Notes under the pieces: model-generated | What the model saw: the letters and a program-made list of their open reading frames with translations, nothing else | What the model was told of the DNA's origin: nothing | Database searches by the model: none | In this document: positions 9,865 to 20,197 of the stretch, one piece after another | Layout of the letters: each line of letters begins with the position of its first letter | Position numbering within the stretch: the first letter of the stretch is position 1 | From: Malacoraja senta | Taxonomy: Eukaryota | Assembly (NCBI GenBank): GCA_038087875.1 | Contig: JAXLNO010000252.1 | Location: 434,001-459,824 of the forward strand | Direction of reading: 5' to 3' | Length of the DNA: 25,824 nt | Translations under genes and position numbers: made by a program

Positions 9865-10115
9865 CTGGGCCGGTCTGGAGATGGACTTGCGGGCCTTGTG
9901 GACTTTGGGCTTGTCGTCCTGGGCTGGGGCGGCGGGCATGGCGGGGGGCACTGGAGTGGGCTCCTTGCCCCCCCGACAGCTCGGAACACTCAGGAGCTTC
10001 ATGGCCAGGCTCTGGATGGTGTTGGTAGATTTGCTGACGCCGGTGAGAGTCATCTTGGCACGGTTGGCCCCCGGAGCCTTGGTGGGGGAGGCAGGGAAGG
10101 TTTTGGCCGCGTGTC
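9865..10115 (-). CDS. EHMT2: EHMT2 coding exon 4 with the ancestral automethylation motif (GHAAKTFPASPTKAPGANRAKMTLTGVSKSTNTIQSLAMKLLSVP...PKVHKARKSISRPAQ)
   Basis: Acceptor ctctctctcgcccag| and donor CAG|gtactt. 251 nt, phase 1 to 0. Colinear with human G9a as I recall it: GHATKSFPSSPSK...SRAKMSMTGAGKSPPSVQSLAMRLLSMP...PKVHRARKTMSKP. Confidence 0.93.
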
Positions 10116-10142
10116 CTGGGCGAGAGAGAGCAGAGGGTCAGA

Positions 10143-10790
10143 GAAACATAGAAAATAGGTGCAGGAGGAGGCCATTCAGCCCTTCAAGCCAGCACCGCCA
10201 TTCATTGTGATCATGGCTGATCGTCCCCAATCAATAACCTGTGCCTGCTTTCTCCCCATATCCCTTGATTCCACTAGCCCCTAGAGCTCTATCTAACTCT
10301 CTCTTAAATCCATCCAGTGACTTGGCCTCCACTGCCCTCTGTGGCAGGGAATTCTGCAAATCCACAACTCTCTGGGTGAAAACGTTTTTTCTCACCTCAG
10401 TCTTAAATGGCCTCCCCTTTATTCTAAGACTGTGGCCCCTGGTTCTGGACTCGCCCAACATTGGGAACATTTTTTCCTGCATCTAGCTTGTCCAGTCCTT
10501 TTATAATTTTATATGTTTCTATAAGATCCCCCCTCATCCTTCTAAACTCCAGTGAATACACGCCTAGTCTTTTCAATCTTTCCTCATATGACAGACCCGC
10601 AATCCTAGGGACAATCTTCCTGCATCTACCCTGTCCAACCCCTTAAGAATGTTGTAAGTTTCTATAAGACCCCCCCCTCAATCTTCTAAATTCTAGCGAG
10701 TACAAGCCGAGTCTATCCAGTCTTTCTTCATATGAAAGTCCTGCCATCCCAGGAATCAGTCTGGTGAACCTTCTCTGTACACCCTCTATA
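10143..10790 (-). mobile_element. CR1 LINE 3' fragments (two joined pieces)
   Basis: 3'UTR plus C-terminal ORF2 translation. A second overlapping segment restarts near 10610. Confidence 0.85.
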
Positions 10791-10834
10791 CACACTCTCT
10801 CTATACACACACACACGTGGAAACGGTCTGATAC

Positions 10835-11137
10835 CTTTGGGTAGGGGCTGGGGGGCGATGCGGGCAGCAGGCCCAATGTCAGCGTGATGGGGCTCCAAGC
10901 TCGGGCAAGCCTCGCCGGACTTACACGGGGTCTCCCTGCTTCCCGTCTTGTCCCCTCGGCCCCCCGGACCCTCGGCCTCAGGAGGACGTGCCTCAGCCTC
11001 CGGCCCGGCCCCGCAGCGAGGGGCCTCCTTGTTGCTCTGCGAGCTGATGTTTCCCATCGAGTCGCTGGTGGGGTTCACTGTGGGGGTGGCTCCCTGACTC
11101 AGTCTCCTGGAGGCCGGTTCAGCGGCGTCACCAGTCC
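10835..11137 (-). CDS. EHMT2: EHMT2 coding exon 3, low-complexity N-terminal region (TGDAAEPASRRLSQGATPTVNPTSDSMG...IAPQPLPK)
   Basis: Acceptor tcgcttctgctgttgagttgcag| and donor AAAG|gtatca. 303 nt, phase 1 to 1, open, GC-rich. Joins in frame to exon 4 to give PKG-HAAKTFP. Confidence 0.8.
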
Positions 11138-11208
11138 CTGCAACTCAACAGCAGAAGCGATAAATTCTCCAATTGTAGGTTAGAGTCAATAGAAAATAGA
11201 CAACAGGT

Positions 11209-11576
11209 TCGAAGACATAGCCACCATTCATTGATTGATTACAAGGATAGTATGGTACAACACAACTTTGGAGTTAAATCTAATTACGGATGGGGAGAGA
11301 TACGAGGTAGGTATATCATCACCTTTTGTTTTTCTTTCTGTTTTTGTCTTTTTAGTTCTCTACGTCGTCCTTATTTCTTTTACCTACTCACTGTTTGGCT
11401 CCACCAGTTTGGTAGTCATGGGGTTCAATTCTTGCACATTCCACTTTCTCTCTCTCTTGCTTTTTCTCTCTTCTTTTCTCTCAACTATAGCTCAAAATTA
11501 AAATTGAATCTGTACAATAACTGGATTATGTCATATGCCGCTGCTTATATTTTTGCTTCTAATAAATAATTTAAAA
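11209..11576 (+). mobile_element. Poly(A) retroposon 3' end (L1-like) with target-site duplication
   Basis: T-rich 3'UTR, AATAAA and an A-tail. Flanked by the direct repeat AAAATAGACAACAGGT (11193-11208 and 11577-11592). The L1 assignment is inferred. Confidence 0.75.
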
Positions 11577-11580
11577 AAAA

Positions 11581-12112
11581 TAGACAACAGGTGCAGGAGT
11601 AGACCATTCGGGCCTTCGAGCCAGCACCGCCATTCAATGTGATCATGGCTGATCATCCCCAATCAGTACCCCGTTCCTGCCTTCTCCCCATATCCCCTGA
11701 CTCCACTATTTTTAAGAGCCCTATCTAACTCTCTCTTGAAAGCATCCAGAGAACCGGCCTCCACCGCCCTCTGAGGCAGAGAATTCCACAGACTCACCAC
11801 TCTCTGTGAGAAAAAGTGTTTCCTCGTCTCCGTTCTAAATGGTCAACCCCTTATTCTTAAACTGTGGGTGGCCCCTGGTTCTGGACTCCCCCAACATTGG
11901 GAACATGTTTCCTGCCTCTAGTGTGTCCAAACCCTTAACAATCTTATATGTTTCAATGAGATGCCCTCTCATCCTTCTAAACTCCAGAGTATACAAGCCC
12001 AGCCGCTCCATTCTCTCAGCATATGACAGTCCGCCATCCCGGGAATTAACCTGGTGAACCTACGCTGCACTCCCTCAATTGCAGGAATGTCCTTGCACAA
12101 ATTTGGGGACCT
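11581..12112 (-). mobile_element. CR1 LINE 3' fragment
   Basis: Same family as 1766-2500. Confidence 0.9.
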
Positions 12113-12244
12113 AATTTTTGCGTCTACCTTCCCTTTATCCTGTGTTTGAAGAAGGGTCTCGACCCGAAACATCACCAATTCGTTCTCTCCAGAGATGCTG
12201 CCTGTCCCGCTGAGTTATTCCAGCATTTTGTGTCTACCTTCTAA

Positions 12245-12572
12245 TAGCCCTGTCCCACGGTACGAGTTCATTCCAAGAGCTCTCCCGAGTTTGCCCTGAT
12301 TCGAAATTGGAGATTTACGGTAATGGCCGCTCGTCGGTACTCGGGGCCCTCGTGGACATTTTTCATCACGTTGAAAAATCTTCGAGTCTTCCCGTGCTTA
12401 CCTGCCGTTATCGAGTCTTCCCGAGTACCTGCCGTTAGCGTTACGAGCCGCTAAGAGACGTCCCCGAGCTCCTACGTACCCGCTACGTTCATTCTCCGTG
12501 CTTACCACGAGTTTGATTTTTGGTAAACTCGGGAGAGCTCTTGGAATGAACTCAGACTGTAGGACAGGGCTT
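12245..12572. mobile_element. PIF/Harbinger-type MITE, copy 1
   Basis: ~45-bp terminal inverted repeats (TAGCCCTGTCCCACGGTACGAGTTCATTCCAAGAGCTCTCCCGAGTTT) flanked by TAA...TAA. Confidence 0.85.
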
Positions 12573-13194
12573 TAAATAATCTCCACATCGCAGCAACAAC
12601 CATGATGCACAAGTCATAGAATCGTAGTGATACAGTGTGGATACAGGCCCTTTGGCCCGACTTGCCCATACCGGCCAACAATGTCCCAGCTACACTAGTC
12701 CCACCTGCCTGCGAGTGGTCCTTGTGCCTTGCAGTGAAATTTCGTGCCTTGCAGTCAGAACATAGAATAAAATAACAGAACACACACTTAACACAGTTTT
12801 AACATCCACCACAGTGAGTCTACCAGGCACCTCCTCACTGTGATGGAAGGCAAAAGTCTTAAAGTCCTTGTCTCTTCCCTCCTTGTTCTCCCTCTGCGTT
12901 GAGGCGATCCAGGCTTCCGATGTTGTGACCCCGCCGGGTGATGGTAAGTAAATCTGAGATCCGCGAACGGGCCGGTTCAAACTCCGCGGGCCGGGGCGGT
13001 CGAAGCTGCCACCCTCCAGTCCAGTGGACGAAGCTGTCGTTTCGGGAGCACCAGAGAACAGGTCACCAACCTGGGACCTGCGAGCTCCCGACGTTGTCGT
13101 CCACTGGGCCCACAAGATCCCTTGTGGGATCCTTGTGGGATCTTGCTGTGCGCGGACAGGGATCAGAATAGTCGGAGAAGAGAAGCACCCTCAC

Positions 13195-13279
13195 CTGTAC
13201 TTGCTTTGTTCCCAGCACCTGGCTCCAACACGCCGATCTCTGCCTCTGCTGCTGCTTGGCACGCGATGCTGGGCTCACA
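13195..13279 (-). CDS. EHMT2: EHMT2 coding exon 2 (CEPSIACQAAAEAEIGVLEPGAGNKAST-G)
   Basis: Acceptor tctccctccctccctccccag| and donor ACAG|gtgagg. 85 nt, phase 0 to 1, open frame, non-repeat sequence. Phases link exon 1 to exon 3. No strong sequence homology recognised. Confidence 0.75.
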
Positions 13280-13445
13280 CTGGGGAGGGAGGGAGGGAGA
13301 TTCAGAACGGGTCTGACAGGGAAGCAAACAATCCGCGAATTCCCAACCCCAGTTTCCACTGGTGGGAGAGTCCAGGAAACATAGCAAAATAGATGCAGGA
13401 GGAGGCCATTCGGCCCTTCGAGCCAGCACCACCATTCATTGTGAT

Positions 13446-16380
13446 AGAAACATAGAAACATAGAAAATAGGTGCAGGAGTAGGCCACTCGGCCCTTCGAG
13501 CCTGCACCGCCATTCAATATGATCATGGCTGATCATCCAACTCAGTATCCCGTACCTGCCTTCTCTCCATACCCCCTGATCCCTTTAGCCACAAGGGCCA
13601 CATCTAACTCCATCTTAAATATAGCCAATGAACTGGCCTCAACTACCCTCTGTGGCAGAGAGTTCCAGAGATTCACCACTCTCTGTGTGAAAAAGTTTTT
13701 CCTCATCTCGGTCTTAAAGGATTTCCCCCTTATACTTAAGCTGTGACCCCTTGTCCTGGACTTCCCCAACATCGGGAACAATCTTCCTGCATCTAGCCTG
13801 TCCAACCCCATAAGAATTTTGTACGTTTCTATAAGATCCCCTCTCAATCTCCTAAATTCTAGCGAGTATAAGCCAAATCTATCCAGTCTTTCTTCATATG
13901 AAAGTCCTGACATACCAGGAATCAGTCTGGTGAACCTTCTCTGCACTCCCTCTATGGCTATAATGTCCTTCCTCAGATTTGGAGACCAAAACTGTACGCA
14001 ATACTCCAGGTGTGGTCTCACCAAGACCCTGTGCAACTGCAGTAGAACCTCCCTGCTCCTATACTCAAATCCTCTTGCTATGAAGGCCAACATACCATTC
14101 GCTTTCTTCACTGCCTGCTGCACCTGCATGCCTACTTTCAATGACTGGTGTACCATGACACCCAGGTGTCGCTGCATCTCCACATTTCCTAATCGGCCAC
14201 CATTTAGATAATAGTCTGCCTTCCCGTTTTTGCCACCAAAGTGGATAACCTCACATTTATCCACATTATACTGCATCTGCCAAACATTTGCCCACTCACC
14301 CAGCCTATCCAAGTCACCTTGCAGTCTCCTAGCATCCTCCTCACAGCTAACACTGCCCCCCAGCTTAGTGTCATCCGCAAACTTGGAGATGTTGCTTTCA
14401 ATTCCCTCGTCCAGATCATTAATATAAATTGTAAATAGCTGGGGTCCCAGCACTGAGCCTTGCGGTACCCCACTAGTCACTGCCTGCCATTGTGAAAAGG
14501 ACCCGTTTACTCCTACTCTTTGCTTCCTGCTTGCCAGCCAGTTCTCTATCCACATCAATACTGAACCCCCAATATCGTGTGATTTAAGTTTGTATCCTAA
14601 TCTCTTATGTGGTACCTTGTCGAAAGCCTTCTGAAAGTCCAGATACAACACATCCACTGGTTCTCCCCTATCCACTCTACTAGTTACATCCTCGAAAAAC
14701 TCTATAAGATTCGTCAGACACGATTTACCTTTCGTAAATCCATGCTGACTTTGTCCAATGATTTCACCACTTTCCAAATGTGCTGCTATCCCATCTTTAT
14801 TAACTGACTCTAGCAGTTTCCCCACTACCGATGTTAGACTAACTGGTCTGTAATTCCCCGTTTTCTCTCTCCCTCCCTTCTTAAAAAGTGGGGTTACGTT
14901 TGCTACCCTCCAATCCTCAGGAACTACTCCAGAATCTAAAGAGTTTTGAAAAATTATCACTAATGCATCCACTATTTCTGGAGCTACTTCCTTAAGTACT
15001 CTGGGATGCAGCCTATCTGGCCCTGGTGATTTATCGGCCTTTAATCCATTCAATTTACCCAACACCACTAACCGACTAACCTGGATTTCACTCAGTTCCT
15101 CCATCTCATTTGACCCGCGGCCCCCTGCTATTTCCGGCAGATTATTTATGTCTTCCTTAGTGAATACGGAACCAAAGTAGTTATTCAATTGGTCCGCCAT
15201 ATCCTTGTTCCCCATGATCAATTCACCTGTTTCTGACTGCAAGGGACCTACATTTGTTTTAACTAATCTCTTTCTCTTCACATATCTATAAAAACTTTTG
15301 CAGTCAGTTTTTATGTTCCCTGCCAGTTTCCTTTCATAATCTATTTTCCCTTTCCTAATTAAGCCCTTTGTCCTCCTCTGCCGGTCTCTGAATTTCTCCC
15401 AGTCCTCTGGTATGCTGCTTTTTCTGGCTAATTTGTACGCATCATCTTTTGCTTTGATACTATCCCTGATTTCCCTTGTTATCCACGGATGCACTACCTT
15501 CCCTGATTTATTCTTTTGCCAAACTGGGATGAACAATTTTTGTAGTTCATCCATGCAGTCTTTAAATGCCTTCCATTGCATATCCACCGTCAACCCTTTT
15601 AGAACTAATTGCCAGTCAATCTTGGCCAATTCACGTCTCATACCCTCAAAGTTACCTTTCTTTAAGTTCAGAACCGTTGTTTCTGAATTAACAATGTCAC
15701 TCTCCATCCTAATGAAGAACTCAACCATATTATGGTCACTCTTGCCCAAGGGGGCACGCACAACAAGTCTGCTAACTAACCCTTCCTCATTACTCAATAC
15801 CCAGTCTAGAATAGCCTGCTCTCTCGTTGGTTCCTCTACATGTTGGTTTAGATAACTATCCCTCATCCATTCCAAGAAATCCTCTTCCTCAGCACCCCTG
15901 CCAATTTGATTCACCCAATCTATATGTAGATTGAAGTCACCCATTATAACTGTTTTGCCTTTGTTGCACGCATTTCTAATTTCCTGTTTGATGCCATCCC
16001 CAACTTCACTACTACGGCTAGGTGGCCTGTACACAACACCCACCAGCGTTTTCTGCCCCGTAGTGTTTCGCAGCTCTACCCATACCGATTCCACATCCTC
16101 CACGCTAATGTCCTTCCTTTCCACTGCATTAATCTCCTCTCTAACCAGCAACGCTATCCCACCTCCTTTTCCTTTCTCTCTATCCCTCCTGAATATTGAA
16201 TATCCCTGGATGTTCAGCTCCCAGCCTTGGTCACCCTGGAGCCATGTCTCCGTGATCCCAACTATATCATAATCATTAATTGCTATCTGCACGTTCAACT
16301 CATCCACCTTATTACGAATGCTCCTTGCATTGAGACACAAAGCCTTCAGGCTTGTTTTTACAACGCTCTTACCCCTTATA
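13446..16380 (-). mobile_element. CR1-clade LINE, 5'-truncated, with complete 3'UTR and (TATGTTTC)n tail
   Basis: Uninterrupted ORF2, 3'UTR at 13446-13541 and an octamer tail. No ORF1 or 5'UTR present. Confidence 0.95.
13542..16380 (-). CDS. CR1 LINE ORF2 (APE endonuclease + reverse transcriptase)
   Basis: From the 953-aa ORF. EN motifs NARS, ITETW, VYRPP, GDFN, SDH. RT motifs YRPVSLTS, QHGF, LDFQKAFD, GVPQGSVLGP, FADD. CR1 C-terminal motifs RRLRGDLIETYK and TRGH. The first ~7 residues of the called ORF come from flanking DNA and there is no native ATG. Confidence 0.93.
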
Positions 16381-16454
16381 CATGGCTGATCGTCCCCAAT
16401 CAATAACCCGTGCCTGCCTTCTCCCTATATTCCACTAGCCCTTAGAGTATCTAA

Positions 16455-16710
16455 GGACTAGAGGCCACAGACTCAGATTTAAAGGACTTTCCTTTGGGAA
16501 GTAGAGAAGGAGGAATGTCTTTAGTCAGAGGGCGGTGAATCTGTGGGATTCACTGCCACAGATGGCTGGGGAGGCCAAGTCAGTATATAGTTTTAAGGCA
16601 GAGATAGATATATTCTTGTTCAGTGCGGGTGTCAGGGGTTATGGGGAGAAGGCAGGAGAATGGGGTTAGGTGGGAGAGATAGATCCGCCATGATTGAATG
16701 GCGGAGTAGA
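16455..16710 (+). mobile_element. Older CR1 3' fragment
   Basis: Degenerate TRGH and QR.VNLW.SLP coding remnant followed by 3'UTR. Confidence 0.75.
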
Positions 16711-17200
16711 CAATAGACAATAGGTGCAGGAGTAGGCCATTTGGCCCTTCGAGTCAGCACCGCCATTCAATGTGATCATTGCTGATCATCCCCAATTAGT
16801 ACCCCCGTTCCTGCCTTCTCCCCATATCCCCTAACTCCACTATTTTTAAGAGCCCTCTCTAACTCTCTCTTGAAAGCATCCAGAGAACCTGCCTCCACCG
16901 CCCTCTGAGGCAGAGAATTCCAGACTCACCACTCTCTGTGAGAAAAAGTGTTTCCTCGTCTCCGTTCTAAATGGCTTACCCCTTATTCTTAAACTGTCTC
17001 CCCCAACATCGGGAACATGTTTCCTGCCTCTAGCGTGTCCAAGCCCTTAATAATCTTATATGTTTCAATGAGATGCCCTCTCATCCTTCTAAACTCCAGA
17101 GTGTACAAGCCCAGCCGCTCCATTCTATCAACATATGACAGTCCCGCCATCCCGGGAATTAACCTTGTAAACCTACGCTGCACTCCCTCAATAGCAAGAA
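16706..17200 (-). mobile_element. CR1 LINE 3' fragment
   Basis: QRRFTRLIPGMAGLSY... plus 3'UTR and (TATTGTC)n tail. Confidence 0.9.
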
Positions 17201-17399
17201 TAGACCTGATGGGGCAAATGGCCTAATTCTATTCCTATTCCTTATGACATTATTTTATTATTATTTATTATTTTTAAATCGTTGAAAACATTAGCGACGC
17301 AGTGGCGCTGGTTTCCGACCGGAACGGTGACGGACGCACCTCACATCTCTGTCTTCCATGGCATTTTGGTGTGTGTGTGTGTGCTTTATCATCGTTCCT

Positions 17400-18125
17400 T
17401 GCAATAAACAGATGATGTACTTCCTGCGGCAGCTGAGGAAACACAATCTGCCACAGGCAATGATGGTCCAATTCTACACGGCCATCGTAGAGTCTGTCCT
17501 CACCTTCTCCATCATTCAACTCCCCCTCCCATTCCGAATCGGACCTTTCTGTCCTGGGCCTCCTCCATGGCCAGAGTGAGCACCACCGGAAACTGGAGGA
17601 GTTGCACCCTAGCGGCATAAACATTGACTTCTCCAATTTCCTGTAGCCCTTGCTGTCTCCTCCCCTTCTCAGCTCTCCCTCAGCCTACGGGCTCCTCCTC
17701 TTCCTTTCTTCTTCCCGCATCCCCCCTCACCCTGCATCAGTCTGAAGAAGGGTTTCGGCCCGAAACGTTGCCTATTTCCTTCACTCTATAGATGCTGCCG
17801 CACCTGCTGAGTTTCTCCAGCACTTTTGTCTACCTTCTCCATCATGGTCTGGTTTGGCCCAGCCACCAAGCACGACACCCAGAGGCTGCAGCGAATCGTC
17901 CGATCAGCTGAGAAGGTTGTTGGCTGCAACCTTCCCTCCATTGACGAACTGTACACTGCAAGGGCTAGGAAATGAACGCGTAAGACCCTCTGACCCAGGC
18001 CACAAAATCTATGAATCTCTCTGGAAGGCGACTCCGGACTGTCAAAGCTGCCACAGCCAGACATAAACATAGCTTTTTTTTCCCACGAGCAGTAGTTCTA
18101 CTCAACAACCAAAAATCAGTCGTCT
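17400..18125 (+). mobile_element. Rex1/Babar-like LINE C-terminal fragment interrupted by a Penelope piece
   Basis: Translates MYFLRQLRKHNLPQAMMVQFYTAIVESVLTFSI, resuming MVWFG...RLQRIVRSAEK and RHKHSFF. A matching-type tail (caaattccttgtatgtgaatacttggccaataaa) lies at ~18800-18840. Clade call from recalled motifs. Confidence 0.7.
17516..17835 (+). mobile_element. Penelope-like element 3' fragment
   Basis: Homologous to 23020-23180. Contains tctgaagaagggtttcggcccgaaacgttg and gatgctgcc...cctgctgagtttctccagc. Confidence 0.8.
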
Positions 18126-18129
18126 CCTT

Positions 18130-18712
18130 TTACATAGAAAATAGGTGTAGGAGGAGGCCATTCGGCCCTTCGAGCAAGCACCGCCATTCATTGTGATCAT
18201 GGCTGATCGTCGCCAATCAATAACCCATGCCTGCCTTCTCCCCATATCCCTTGTTTCCACTAGCCCCCAGAGCTCTATCTAAAACCCCTCTCCCACGGTA
18301 CGAGTTCATTCCAAGAGCTCTCCCGAGTTTGCCCTGATTCGAACTCGGAGATTTACGGTAATGGCCACTCGTCGGTACTCGGGCTCTCGTGGACATTTTT
18401 CATCATGTTGAAGAGTCTTCCCGAGTACCTGCCGTTAGTGTTACGAGCCGCCAAGACACGTCCCCGAGCTCTGACGTACCCGCTACGTTCATTCTCCGTG
18501 CATTCGAGTTTGATTTTTTTAAACTCGGGAGAGCTCTTGGAATGAACTCGTACCGTGGGACAGGGCTATAACTCTCTCTTAAATCCATCCAGTGATTTGG
18601 CCTCCACTGCCCTCTGTGGCAGGGAATTCCACAAATTCACAACTCTCTGGGTAAAAACGTTTTTTCTCACCTCAGTCTTAAATGCCCTCCCCTTTATTCT
18701 AAAACTGTGGCC
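18130..18712 (-). mobile_element. CR1 3' fragment split by MITE
   Basis: 3'UTR at 18130-18280, resuming at 18569 with FTQRVVNLWNSLPQ. Confidence 0.85.
18283..18568. mobile_element. PIF/Harbinger-type MITE, copy 2, nested in a CR1 fragment
   Basis: Same TIRs as copy 1. Interrupts the CR1 sequence tatc-TAA-ctctctc with TAA duplicated (18280-18282 and 18569-18571). Confidence 0.88.
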
Positions 18713-19349
18713 CCGGGGGAGACCAGTCTTTTGTTTATTAATGTTTAATGTTTTATGTGTCACTGTATGTCATGTTGTCACTTGCGAGCGGAGCACGAAG
18801 GCAAATTCCTTGTATGTGAATACTTGGCCAATAAACATATTCATTCATTAATACAATGCTGTGTGGATTGAATTCTGTCTTTAATTTGTGTATTGGTGAT
18901 GTCTTTATAACTTATTTTACTCCGATTATATGTTTCTTTGTTAAATTCAGTAAGGTGTCCTTGAGACTTTTGTATAGGCGCCCACAAATAAAATGTATTA
19001 TTATTATTATTATTACGACAGTGATCGCAACTTCTACTGATGTTTGGGTGGCCGTTGGCTCGCCAGGATCTTGTTTTTGGCCCTGCTGGGGGGTCCACAG
19101 CCCCCTCCTCACCTGGCAAACCCGGTGGGGGTTGACGGTTTAGTCGCCGACTATCCGACCATGGAGCAGGTAGCACGGGATCACGTGGTACCCGTGGCGG
19201 GGTGGGGAGAGAACTCCCCCCGACCGGACCGTACCATCCCACCCACCCAGGGCCACTGGTCCAACCAACAATGAGAGATCATGAAACGACCACACACTAT
19301 GTGTCTCTCTACATTAATAATGCCAACACTATGCACACAGGAAACACTA

Positions 19350-19595
19350 AATCACCCTACCACCACCAGAGAGCAGTGCTGAACTACTATCTACCTCATT
19401 GGTGACCCTCGGACTATCCTTGATCGGACTTTATTGGCTTTATCTTGCACTAAGCGTTATACCCTTATCATGAATCTGTACACTGTAAATGGCTCGATTG
19501 TGATCATGTTTTGTCTTTCTCCTTGCAACAAAAGCTTCTCGCTGTACCTCAGTACACATGACAATAAACTACACTGAAACAGAAAAAAACTGAAA
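19350..19595 (+). mobile_element. LINE 3' end remnant (L2/Rex-type tail)
   Basis: Ends gtacacatgacaataaact(aaact)-like. Related shorter pieces at ~895-955 and ~20515-20575. Confidence 0.55.
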
Positions 19596-19604
19596 CTGCC
19601 TTTA

Positions 19605-20146
19605 CAATAGACAATAGGTGCAGGAGTAGGCCATTTGGCCCTTCCAACCAGCACCGCCATTCACTGTGATCATGGCTGATCATCCCCAATCAGTACCCTG
19701 TTCCTGCCTTCTCGACATATCCCCTGACTCCGCTATCTTTCTAGCTCTCTCTTGAAAGCATCCAGAGAACCGGCCTCCACCGCCCTGTGAGGCAGAGAAT
19801 TCCACAGACTCACCACTCTGTGAGAAAAAGTGTTTCCTCGTCTCCATTCTAAATGGCTTATTCCTTATTCTTAAACTGTGGCCCCTGGTTCTGGACTCCC
19901 CCAACATCGGGAACATGTTTCCTGCCTCTAGCGTGTCCAAGCCCTTAACAATCTTATATGTTTCAAAGAGATACCCTCTTATCCTTCTAAACTCCAGAGT
20001 GTACAAGCTCAGCCGCTCCATTCTCTCAGCATATGACAGTCCCGCCATCCCGGGAATTAACCTTGTAAACCTACGCTGCACTCCCTCAATAGCAAGAATG
20101 TCCTTCCTCAAATTAGGGGACCAAAACTGCACACAATACTCCAGGT
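19605..20146 (-). mobile_element. CR1 LINE 3' fragment
   Basis: LEYCVQFWSPNLRKD...TRGH plus 3'UTR. Confidence 0.9.
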
Positions 20147-20197
20147 ACTCCAACACAATACACTCTGCGCCTTTACATATAACTATCCATACACTTT

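Noticed and set aside
9865..10115. Assignment to EHMT1 (GLP) instead of EHMT2
   Set aside because: QSLAMKLLS, RAKM(T/S) and KKKW..(E/D)SPWVKPSRK match G9a as I recall it. Only the short first exon looks EHMT1-like. A phylogeny would settle it.
13819..16272. Plus-strand ORFs overlapping the LINE
   Set aside because: Antisense shadows of ORF2.
16380..16403. Possible in-frame splice of exon 1 into LINE ORF2 at gatcag|CCA
   Set aside because: In frame, but the upstream sequence is purine-rich with no polypyrimidine tract.
19020..19270. Possible alternative exon with minus-strand donor CCAG|gtgagg near 19110
   Set aside because: No convincing acceptor or homology. More likely an unclassified repeat remnant.
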